Source of the DNA: an uncultured Lachnospiraceae bacterium
Lineage (GTDB): Bacteria > Bacillota > Clostridia > Lachnospirales > Lachnospiraceae
Assembly: GCA_963929535.1 (NCBI GenBank)
Contig: CAWVIZ010000009.1
Location: 150,433 to 214,432 of the forward strand
Length of the DNA stretch: 64,000 nt
Direction: 5' to 3'
The translations under genes and the position numbers were made by a program. This document shows positions 9,996 to 18,119 of this stretch, piece by piece. Within the stretch, counting starts at the first letter, position 1. Every line of letters starts with the position of its first letter. The notes beneath the pieces are model-generated. The model was not told where the DNA came from. It saw only the letters and a program-made list of their open reading frames with translations, and did not search any database.

Positions 9996-10832
9996 TCAGC
10001 TCCTCTTGGATACAGCAGCCTTCTTTCTCATGATCACCAGTATGATCACCGCCAGAAGCGCTGCCACCACGATCCCGGCAAGCAAAGCCGTACTGCTTTC
10101 TGCCCATCCTGCCTCCCATTCGATCAGGGGCATTCCGCTGGTAGCCAGAAGCTCCGCAGCTGCGGCTGCCGCAAAAGCCGCCAGGCATCCGATGATCACT
10201 TTCAGGTTGATGGATCCCAGAGCGGTGATTTCCGTTCTGGGCTGCATACCCAGAAGCGGTTCGATCTTCCCGTAAAGCTTGGGTACCAGATACAGAGTAG
10301 GCAGCAGGCAAAAGAGGATTCCTGAAAACAGCGCGTCATTCAGGAACGCGAATCCCTCCGTAGCGAATACACTTTCCGGAAGCCCCGGAACGGCCTCAAA
10401 ATCTTCTACGGCAAACTGTACCTTCATGATATCCACAATCGTTCCCAGAAGCAGCTGAACTACGGTTCCGGTCATTGCCGCGATCCCCACCATTTTTCTG
10501 TTCCTGGGATCTCTTACCATTCTCCCCGCGATATAAACACCAATGGTCACGGTAATAAACTTCTCCAGTTCCCCAAGTCCTCCGAACTGTCCCAGCATGA
10601 TCTCACTGAATACCAGCTCTCCGGTAGACGCTCCCAAAGCGGCGGAGATGGGATCAAAAAGCATCGCCAGCACCAATGGGATAAACAGAAAATACTCAAC
10701 AGAGAATTCCACCACTCCCACCTGAAATTTGGGTATCAGCTCCGTAAACAAAGTAGCCAGTCCATACAGCGACATGGTCAGTACAAAGATCATCAATTTC
10801 TGCGGCTGTGCAGCCGTCTGTTTTGCAACCAT
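9996..10832 (-). CDS. Polytopic membrane protein, putative atypical ECF substrate-capture (S) component
   Basis: First gene of the S-AA-T operon. It has about 6 TM segments plus a C-terminal extension with two further hydrophobic segments. The start was chosen at MVAKQ behind GAGGAGGAAG. Confidence 0.5.
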   Translation of the reverse strand: MVAKQTAAQPQKLMIFVLTMSLYGLATLFTELIPKFQVGVVEFSVEYFLFIPLVLAMLFDPISAALGASTGELVFSEIMLGQFGGLGELEKFITVTIGVYIAGRMVRDPRNRKMVGIAAMTGTVVQLLLGTIVDIMKVQFAVEDFEAVPGLPESVFATEGFAFLNDALFSGILFCLLPTLYLVPKLYGKIEPLLGMQPRTEITALGSINLKVIIGCLAAFAAAAAAELLATSGMPLIEWEAGWAESSTALLAGIVVAALLAVIILVIMRKKAAVSKRS

Positions 10833-11063
10833 TTTTTCTTCCTCCTCATAAATCATCGGGTTTCGCCGGAGCATGCGGAAAACGTCCCTGAAGAATGGGC
10901 TCTGCTTCCTGCTCCATGGCGTTTACACCAACTGTTTACGGTTAAGATTATAAAAAGGGTTCGTTAAATCAAGAATCACGATAGCGTTAAATGAAAGTTA
11001 ATTTTCTTTTTTATGAAAATATGAAAATTATTTTTCATTTATCTTTCTTTCCCGGCTGACTTC

Positions 11064-11091
11064 TTGCCAATTTCCAGATTTCCTGTATAAT
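11064..11091 (+). promoter_or_regulatory. Sigma-A-type promoter for the ABC-F gene
   Basis: TTGCCA - 16 nt - TATAAT, inside a very AT-rich divergent intergenic region. Confidence 0.55.
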
Positions 11092-11185
11092 GGTCGATAG
11101 GTGTCCTGCGAACCGCATCCTTAACGGTTCCGGTGTCCGGACCGGTAAGGATGATCCATGCGGCAGAGGCAACAGGAGGAAACGT

Positions 11186-13096
11186 ATGATTTTAGCATGT
11201 CAGAATATCAATAAATCTTTTGGAACCACAGAAATCTTAAAGGATGTCTCTTTTCATCTGGAGGAACGGGAAAAAGCGGCTCTGATCGGCCCCAACGGTG
11301 CCGGAAAGACCACCCTTCTGCGGATCATCATGCAGGAAATGCCTGCTGATTCCGGGGAAGTGATCATTTCCCGGGGAAAGACCATCGGTTATCTGGCCCA
11401 GCACCAGGATCTTTCGGCAGGGCGGAGCATTTATGAGGAGCTGCTGTCCGTAAAGCAGTACCTGCTGGACATGGAGGAGAAGATCCGCGCGCTGGAGCAT
11501 CAGATGAAAACCCTGACGGGAAGAGAACTGGATCAGGTGCTGGCCGATTACTCCCGTCTCACCCATCAGTTTGAACTGGAGAACGGATATGCCTGCCGCA
11601 GCGAGGTGGCCGGTGTGCTGAAGGGACTGGGATTTACAGAGGATGAGTTCTCCAAGGAGGTCTCCACTCTCTCAGGCGGCCAGAAGACCAGAGTTGCTCT
11701 GGGACGGCTGCTGCTTTCCGGACCGGATATCATCCTGCTGGACGAGCCCACCAACCACCTGGATATGGATTCCATCGCCTGGCTGGAGACGTATCTGATG
11801 AACTATAAGGGAGCGGTATTTATCGTCTCCCACGACCGGTATTTTCTGGACAAGGTGGTGACCAAGGTAGTGGAGATCGACCACGGAGATGTCCGGACTT
11901 TCCAGGGGAATTATACCGCCTATGCTCAGAAAAAGGAGCAGATCCGGGAAGCCCAGCTTAAGGCGTATCTGAATCAGCAGCAGGAGATCCGGCATCAGGA
12001 GGAGGTGATCGCCAAGCTGAGGTCCTTCAACCGGGAAAAGTCCATCAAACGGGCGGAGAGTCGGGAAAAAATGCTGGAAAAGATGGATGTGCTGGAAAAA
12101 CCCGCCGGAGAGGATCCGCAGATGCACTTTACGCTGACTCCCAGGGTTATCAGCGGCAACGATGTACTGACTGTACAGGATCTGTCCAAGGCATTTCCCG
12201 GACAGCAGCTTTTTACCGATATCAGCTTTGAGATCCAGCGCGGAGAGCGGGTAGCCATCATCGGAGCCAATGGCACCGGAAAGACCACCATCCTGAAGAT
12301 CCTGAATGGCCTGATCCCTCCGGATACCGGAGATGTGGAGCTGGGGACCAAGGTGCAGATCGGCTACTATGACCAGGAACACCATGTTCTTCATATGGAC
12401 AAGACGATCTTTGAAGAGATTTCCGATGCCTATCCTTATCTTACCAACACGGAGATCCGGAATGTACTGGCCGCCTTTCTTTTCACAGGAGACGATGTAT
12501 TCCAGCCCATCAGCACTCTGAGCGGAGGTGAACGGGGCCGGGTATCCCTGGCAAAGCTGATGCTTTCAGAGGCCAACTTTCTGATCCTGGACGAGCCCAC
12601 CAACCACCTGGATATCGTATCCAAGGAGATTCTGGAGAATGCTCTGAACCGTTATGAGGGAACCGTTCTCTATGTGTCCCATGACCGTTATTTTATCAAC
12701 CAGACGGCCACCCGGATCCTGGAGCTGACCAATCAGTCCATGGTAAATTATATCGGAAACTATGATTACTATCTGGAGAAAAAGGAAGAACTCACCCAGA
12801 TTTATGCGCCGGCAGCGGAAACTGCCCGCCAGGCATCCGGCGATTCCTCTGTGAAGCTGGACTGGAAGGCTCAGAAAGAAGAACAGGCCCGTCAGAGAAA
12901 ACGGGAAAATGATCTGAAAAAAACAGAAAAGCAGATCGAAGAGCTGGAGGCCAGAGACCGGGAAATCGATGAAGAGATGAATCGCCCGGAGATTGCCACT
13001 GATGTGGCGGAATGCGTCCGGCTTTCCAATGAGAAGGCAAAGATCGCGTCAAAGCTGGAGGAGCTTTATCAGGTCTGGGAAGAGCTGGCGGAATAA
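11186..13096 (+). CDS. ABC-F family ATPase (translation-factor type, with C-terminal coiled coil)
   Basis: Two nucleotide-binding domains (GPNGAGKTT/LSGGQKTR and GANGTGKTT/LSGGERGR), no TM domain, and a K/E-rich C-terminus. The ATG at 11186 is behind AGGAGGA. Confidence 0.9.
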   Translation: MILACQNINKSFGTTEILKDVSFHLEEREKAALIGPNGAGKTTLLRIIMQEMPADSGEVIISRGKTIGYLAQHQDLSAGRSIYEELLSVKQYLLDMEEKIRALEHQMKTLTGRELDQVLADYSRLTHQFELENGYACRSEVAGVLKGLGFTEDEFSKEVSTLSGGQKTRVALGRLLLSGPDIILLDEPTNHLDMDSIAWLETYLMNYKGAVFIVSHDRYFLDKVVTKVVEIDHGDVRTFQGNYTAYAQKKEQIREAQLKAYLNQQQEIRHQEEVIAKLRSFNREKSIKRAESREKMLEKMDVLEKPAGEDPQMHFTLTPRVISGNDVLTVQDLSKAFPGQQLFTDISFEIQRGERVAIIGANGTGKTTILKILNGLIPPDTGDVELGTKVQIGYYDQEHHVLHMDKTIFEEISDAYPYLTNTEIRNVLAAFLFTGDDVFQPISTLSGGERGRVSLAKLMLSEANFLILDEPTNHLDIVSKEILENALNRYEGTVLYVSHDRYFINQTATRILELTNQSMVNYIGNYDYYLEKKEELTQIYAPAAETARQASGDSSVKLDWKAQKEEQARQRKRENDLKKTEKQIEELEARDREIDEEMNRPEIATDVAECVRLSNEKAKIASKLEELYQVWEELAE

Positions 13097-13110
13097 AACG
13101 GAGGTTTTCT

Positions 13111-13632
13111 ATGCAGTACATCAGTCACTACTCTTCTCCGCTGGGAGATATTCTTCTGGCGGCGGATACCATCGGCTTAACGGGTCTGTGGTTTGAGGGG
13201 CAGAAATACTTTGCTCTCCATCTGGATAAAGAACATCAGGAAAAGGAGCTTCCTCTGTTTAAAACGGCCCGGCGCTGGCTGGACGTCTATTTTTCCGGAA
13301 AGGAACCGGATTTTTCTGTGCCGCTCCATTTTACGGGGACAGCTTTTCAGAATAAGGTATGGGAGATCCTCTGCGCCATCCCATACGGTCAGACCACCAC
13401 ATACGGAGAAATCGCAAAAAAAATAGCCGTCTGGAAGGGGATTCCCCATATGTCTGCCCAGGCAGTCGGCGGCGCAGTGGGGCACAATAGGATCTCCATC
13501 ATTGTCCCCTGTCATCGGGTACTGGGAACAACAGGAAGTCTGACAGGCTATGCAGGGGGAATTGAAAAAAAAGCCGCGCTGCTTCGGCTGGAAAAGGCTG
13601 ATATATCCAGAGCTTTCATCCGCAAGGTATAG
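13111..13632 (+). CDS. ogt: Methylated-DNA--protein-cysteine methyltransferase
   Basis: Active-site motif IIVPCHRV and the TTYGEIA helix. GGAGG ribosome-binding site. Confidence 0.9.
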   Translation: MQYISHYSSPLGDILLAADTIGLTGLWFEGQKYFALHLDKEHQEKELPLFKTARRWLDVYFSGKEPDFSVPLHFTGTAFQNKVWEILCAIPYGQTTTYGEIAKKIAVWKGIPHMSAQAVGGAVGHNRISIIVPCHRVLGTTGSLTGYAGGIEKKAALLRLEKADISRAFIRKV

Positions 13633-13640
13633 AAATACAG

Positions 13641-13685
13641 GGGGAGCGGGGGAATCCTGATATTCCGGATTCCTCCGCTCCCCCT
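13641..13685. terminator. Bidirectional stem-loop between the convergent ogt and icd genes
   Basis: GGGGAGCGGGGGAATCC ... GGATTCCTCCGCTCCCCC, an imperfect ~17-bp stem. Confidence 0.6.
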
Positions 13686-13737
13686 CAAACCGTGTCCTGT
13701 ACATCTTCGGCGGCCAATACCATCCGCCTTCCCATCA

Positions 13738-14934
13738 TTACAGTCTTTCCGCGATTGCCTTGATGAATCCCTGGCTGTCCAGCACTCTGGGATTCTTCAG
13801 CGTGGTGATCGCCGCCAGGTCTTTGGTCATCTGACCGCTCTCAATGGTATCCACTGTAGCTTTTTCCAGCCTGTCCGCAAACTCCATCAGCTCTTTGTTC
13901 CCATCCAGTTCACCGCGTTTTCTCAGGGCGCCGCTCCAGGCAAAGATCGTTGCCACAGAGTTGGTGGAAGTGGTCTCGCCCTTCAGATATTTATAGTAAT
14001 GCCGCTGCACCGTTCCGTGAGCCGCCTCATACTCGTAATAGCCGTTGGGGGATACCAGCACGGAGGTCATCATGGCAAGAGATCCAAAGGCCGAGGAAAC
14101 CATATCGCTCATCACATCCCCGTCGTAGTTCTTGCACGCCCAGATAAATCCGCCCTCCGCTTTCATCACGCGGGCCACGGCATCATCGATCAGAGTATAG
14201 AAATAGGTAATTCCCGCCTTCTCAAATTTCTCCTTGTACTCCGCGTCATAAATCTCCTGGAAAATATCCTTGAAGGTATGATCGTACTTCTTGGAAATGG
14301 TATCCTTGGTGGCAAACCAGAGATCCTGTTTCGTATCCAGCGCAAAGTTAAAGCAGCTTCTGGCAAAGCTCTCAATGGAGCTGTTCAGGTTATGCATTCC
14401 CTGGGCGATGCCCGGGCCGTCAAACTGATGTACCAGTTCTCTCGTCTCGGTTCCGTCTTCAGCCGTATAGACCAGCTCCACCTTTCCGGGACCGGGAATC
14501 TTCATCTCTGTGTTCTTGTACACATCCCCGTATGCATGACGGGCCAGTGTAATGGGCTTTTTCCAGTTCTTTACACAAGGCTCGATCCCCTTGACCACAA
14601 TAGGCGCCCGGAATACGGTCCCGTCCAGCATGGCGCGGATCGTCCCGTTGGGGCTTTTGTACATCTCCTTTAAGCTGTACTCCTTTACCCTGGCGGCATT
14701 GGGAGTGATGGTGGCGCATTTTACAGCCACCTTATATTTTTTGGTGGCATTGGCAGCGTCTACAGTCACCTGGTCATTGGTCTCATTTCGGTGTTCCAGT
14801 CCCAGGTCGTAGTACTCTGTCTTCAGGTCAATATAGGGAAGCAGAAGCTCCTCTTTGATCATCTTCCACAGAATTCTTGTCATCTCGTCGCCGTCCATCT
14901 CCACCAGGGGAGTCTGCATACTGATTTTCTTCAT
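13738..14934 (-). CDS. icd: NADP-dependent isocitrate dehydrogenase (eukaryotic-like dimeric type)
   Basis: 398 aa. N-terminus [29 protein letters not shown] and [15 protein letters not shown] are typical of IDH1-type enzymes. Confidence 0.9.
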   Translation of the reverse strand: MKKISMQTPLVEMDGDEMTRILWKMIKEELLLPYIDLKTEYYDLGLEHRNETNDQVTVDAANATKKYKVAVKCATITPNAARVKEYSLKEMYKSPNGTIRAMLDGTVFRAPIVVKGIEPCVKNWKKPITLARHAYGDVYKNTEMKIPGPGKVELVYTAEDGTETRELVHQFDGPGIAQGMHNLNSSIESFARSCFNFALDTKQDLWFATKDTISKKYDHTFKDIFQEIYDAEYKEKFEKAGITYFYTLIDDAVARVMKAEGGFIWACKNYDGDVMSDMVSSAFGSLAMMTSVLVSPNGYYEYEAAHGTVQRHYYKYLKGETTSTNSVATIFAWSGALRKRGELDGNKELMEFADRLEKATVDTIESGQMTKDLAAITTLKNPRVLDSQGFIKAIAERL

Positions 14935-15611
14935 TCCTGTTCCTTTCTTTCTTCTTTGAATTCGTCAAATTGTTCCAGATTGTGTATGGTATTCATGATA
15001 TGCCGGGTAGCCAGCTCCTCCGCCCTTCCCGCATCCTGCATCCGGATGGCGTCCAGGATCGCCTGATGCTCCTGATTGCTTTTTTCCGAACGGCTTCGGC
15101 TGGTGATCGACAGCTTCCGTGCCTTCTGCACATACTGATGAAAATCCCCCAGCGTATGCGCCAGGATCTTGCTGTGGGAGGCCTCGTACAGGATCTCATG
15201 AAACCGGCTGTCCAGCTCAAACACCTGCTCATAATGCTCTTTTTCCGCATAGAACTTGGACAGATACACCGTCTCCTCCAGTTTCTCCAGCTCTTCTTCT
15301 GTCCGAAACCTGGCGGCCCATCCGGCGCACAGCCCTTCCAGCCTGGAACGGATACTGTAGATATCATGGATGTCCTTGGAGGAAATCCCATTGACAAAGG
15401 TTCCTCTGTGAGGCACCACCTCCACCAGACCTTCCAGCTCCAGCTGACGGAAAGCTTCCCTTACCGGAGTCCTGCTGACTCCCAGCTCTTTTCCCACAGC
15501 TTCCTCCACCAGTTCCTCACCCCGCTGATACTGCCCGGTGAGAATATCCTTTCTGAGTTTCTGGAATACCTGATCCCTCAGAGAGGATTTTTGCGTTGTC
15601 ATACCTTTCAA
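14931..15611 (-). CDS. GntR family transcriptional regulator (FadR/FCD subfamily)
   Basis: wHTH ([33 protein letters not shown]) plus an all-helical FCD-like C-terminus. It shares 4-nt overlaps with both neighbouring genes. Confidence 0.9.
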   Translation of the reverse strand: MKGMTTQKSSLRDQVFQKLRKDILTGQYQRGEELVEEAVGKELGVSRTPVREAFRQLELEGLVEVVPHRGTFVNGISSKDIHDIYSIRSRLEGLCAGWAARFRTEEELEKLEETVYLSKFYAEKEHYEQVFELDSRFHEILYEASHSKILAHTLGDFHQYVQKARKLSITSRSRSEKSNQEHQAILDAIRMQDAGRAEELATRHIMNTIHNLEQFDEFKEERKEQE

Positions 15612-17014
15612 CCCTCTTTCTTTTCTCCCAGGATGATCCCCAGACGGCTGCAGCTTTCCTCCACTACGCGCATCAGCTCCTCATCTGTCAGCACTGTCAC
15701 CCGGCCGTCTTCATACTGGGCATCCACCCAGCCCTTCACCAGAGATGCCAGTTCACTGTTCTTGTCAATCTGAGCATCCCCCTTCAGTCTGTAGTGGGTG
15801 TTGATCCAATGAGCGATTCCCGCCAGACCGGAGGTATTGGATATTGCCACCTGTACCGGTCTGTTAAGAAATTTCTCTGTATCAAATATATTATAAATCT
15901 CCTCATTTTTCAACAGTCCATCTGCATGAATTCCCGCTCTGGTGACATTAAAATTTCTTCCGACAAAGGGAGTGCGGGAGGGAATGGAATATCCGATCTC
16001 TTTTTCATAATACTCCGCCAGTTCAGTGATCACCGTGGTATCCATCCCGTCCAGCCGTCCCCGAAGCTGGGCATACTCAAATACCATGGCTTCCAGCGGC
16101 GTATTTCCTGTGCGTTCCCCGATGCCGAACAGCGAGCAGTTCACTCCGCAGGCTCCGTACAGCCAGGCTGTGGTGGAATTGCTCACCGCCTTATAGAAAT
16201 CATTATGTCCGTGCCACTCGATCAGTTCACTGGGAACCCCCGCGTGATGCATCAGGCCGTAGATGATCCCCTGCACAGAACGTGGGATCACAGCGCCCGG
16301 ATAATTGACACCGTATCCCATGGTGTCGCAGCAGCGGACCTTGATGGGGATCTGATACCATTCCATCAGCTTCATCAGTTCCATACAGAAAGGTATCACA
16401 TATCCATAGATATCCGCTCTGGTGATATCCTCCAGATGGCATCTGGGGCTGATCCCGATCTCCAGGCATTCCCGGATGATGTTCAGGTAATGTTCCATGG
16501 CCTCCCGGCGGTTCATCTTCATTTTATAAAAAATATGGTAATCCGAACAGCTCACCAGGATCCCCGTTTCCTTCATCCCCAGCTCCTTCACCAGTTCAAA
16601 ATCCTTTTTGCTGGCCCTGATCCAGCTGGTCACCTCCGGAAACCGGTATCCCCTCTCCATACACTTGTACACAGCGTCCCGGTCCTTCTTGCTGTACAGG
16701 AAGAATTCACTCTGCCGGATCTTTCCATGGGGTCCTCCCAGTTTATGGAGATAATCGAAGATCGTCACGATCTGCTCCGTGGTGTACGGCGCCCTGGACT
16801 GCTGTCCGTCCCGGAATGTGGTATCCGTGATCCAGATATCATCCGGCATGTGATGAGGCACGATCCTGTCATTAAAAGCGATCTTGGGTACTTCACTGTA
16901 AGGGAACAGATTACGAAAGACATTGGGCGTTTTCACGTCCACCAGCGGATACATATGCTCTTCCAGCTCCAGCAGATTCGTTCCCTCATTCATTCTGACT
17001 TTTCTGTTTTCCAT
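15608..17014 (-). CDS. Isopropylmalate/homocitrate synthase-family enzyme, likely a Re-face citrate synthase
   Basis: HMGL-like motifs TDTTFRDGQQ and HGHNDFY. 468 aa. The operon context with icd supports a citrate synthase role, as for the clostridial Re-citrate synthase type. Confidence 0.7.
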   Translation of the reverse strand: MENRKVRMNEGTNLLELEEHMYPLVDVKTPNVFRNLFPYSEVPKIAFNDRIVPHHMPDDIWITDTTFRDGQQSRAPYTTEQIVTIFDYLHKLGGPHGKIRQSEFFLYSKKDRDAVYKCMERGYRFPEVTSWIRASKKDFELVKELGMKETGILVSCSDYHIFYKMKMNRREAMEHYLNIIRECLEIGISPRCHLEDITRADIYGYVIPFCMELMKLMEWYQIPIKVRCCDTMGYGVNYPGAVIPRSVQGIIYGLMHHAGVPSELIEWHGHNDFYKAVSNSTTAWLYGACGVNCSLFGIGERTGNTPLEAMVFEYAQLRGRLDGMDTTVITELAEYYEKEIGYSIPSRTPFVGRNFNVTRAGIHADGLLKNEEIYNIFDTEKFLNRPVQVAISNTSGLAGIAHWINTHYRLKGDAQIDKNSELASLVKGWVDAQYEDGRVTVLTDEELMRVVEESCSRLGIILGEKKEG

Positions 17015-17088
17015 GGTATCTCCCTTCCGCAGATCCGGCAGGATCCGCGCCTTTCTGCCGCGGCATCTCGATTTCGCCTGTCAGCCTT

Positions 17089-17132
17089 TTGTATTTTTGT
17101 ATCATTGTATACAATTATACATATCCTGTCAA
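17089..17132 (-). promoter_or_regulatory. Promoter with a candidate GntR operator for the citrate synthase-GntR-icd operon
   Basis: On the minus strand, TTGACA (17132-17127) - 17 nt - TACAAT (17109-17104). The perfect palindrome TTGTATACAA (17105-17114) overlaps the -10. There are three TTGTAT repeats at 17089, 17097 and 17105. Confidence 0.6.
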
Positions 17133-17139
17133 TCTTTTT

Positions 17140-17976
17140 TTACAGACTCAGAAATTTTTCCTTCTGGAACAGTCCCCAGCCCTGCCGGTTCCGTTCGTAG
17201 CCCAGGTCCCTGGCGGACTCTCTCAGCAGCATCTTGATCTCCACGTTGGTAAGCTGAGGCTCTCTCTCCAGCAAAAGAGCGATCGCTCCCGCCACCTGGG
17301 GCGTGGACATGGAGGTTCCGCTTTTGGCCGCATACATCCCTCTCCCTCCCGGAGCGCAGGAAATAATATGGGCGCCCGGAGCCACCAGATCCGGCTTGCA
17401 GACGCACTCCTCCGTGGGACCTGTTCCCGAAATCCCTTCTTTTCCTTCCAGAAGATCACTGGATCCCACGGTGATCACTTTCCGGCTGCTGCCCGGAGCA
17501 GTGATGCTGCCAGGCTCCGGCCCCATATTTCCCGCGGCCGTCACCACCACAAATCCCGCATCCCACACCTCTTCCACTCCCTGGATCAGCATCCGGCTGT
17601 TCCGGTTCCCATTTCCGATGGTTCCCACAGAGATGTTCACCACCCGGATACCATACTGTCTGCCGTGTTCCATGATCCACCGAAGGGCCTTCAGCACATC
17701 CTGCAGTCTCCCGTTTCCTCTCTTATCCAGCACCTTCAGCACTGCCAGATGGCTGCCGCAGGCCGCACCCGTATATTTCCCCTGGCATCCTCTCCCGCTT
17801 CCCGCGATCAGCCCCGCCACATGAGTTCCATGTCCGTTATCATCATAAGGCCGCTTCCTTCCATTGATAAAATCCTGAAAAGCCGCAATTCTGCTGTCAA
17901 AATCTATATGGGGATAAATTCCCGTGTCCAGGACGGCCACGCCGATTCCCTTCCCGGTAAGTACGCGCTCACTCAT
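17140..17976 (-). CDS. S8 (subtilisin) family serine peptidase, short form without an obvious prodomain
   Basis: Catalytic triad motifs VLDTGI, HGTHVAG, SGTSMSTP. GGGAGGAG ribosome-binding site. Confidence 0.9.
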   Translation of the reverse strand: MSERVLTGKGIGVAVLDTGIYPHIDFDSRIAAFQDFINGRKRPYDDNGHGTHVAGLIAGSGRGCQGKYTGAACGSHLAVLKVLDKRGNGRLQDVLKALRWIMEHGRQYGIRVVNISVGTIGNGNRNSRMLIQGVEEVWDAGFVVVTAAGNMGPEPGSITAPGSSRKVITVGSSDLLEGKEGISGTGPTEECVCKPDLVAPGAHIISCAPGGRGMYAAKSGTSMSTPQVAGAIALLLEREPQLTNVEIKMLLRESARDLGYERNRQGWGLFQKEKFLSL

Positions 17977-18119
17977 AAGCTCCTCCCAATTCTGCCTTCC
18001 TTATAAGATATGACAGCAATAAAGAAGCCGACAAACACGCCCTTTCCATATCCGTCCGCCATGGTCCCCGCATATTTCTCCTGCCCGCGGCATACCTATG
18101 CAAAAAACGGAGTGTTTTT

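Noticed and set aside
8510-10033. 507-aa plus-strand ORF
   Set aside because: It is antisense to the double ABC ATPase gene and has no recognisable motifs. It is a shadow ORF.
10875-11063. Riboswitch upstream of the ECF S-like gene
   Set aside because: I found no recognisable conserved riboswitch core. The distal part is simply AT-rich promoter DNA with small palindromes (for example ATGAAAA-TTAT-TTTTCAT at about 11021-11038).
15596-17200. 534-aa plus-strand ORF
   Set aside because: It is antisense to the citrate synthase-like gene, and its H/R/P-rich translation has no motifs.
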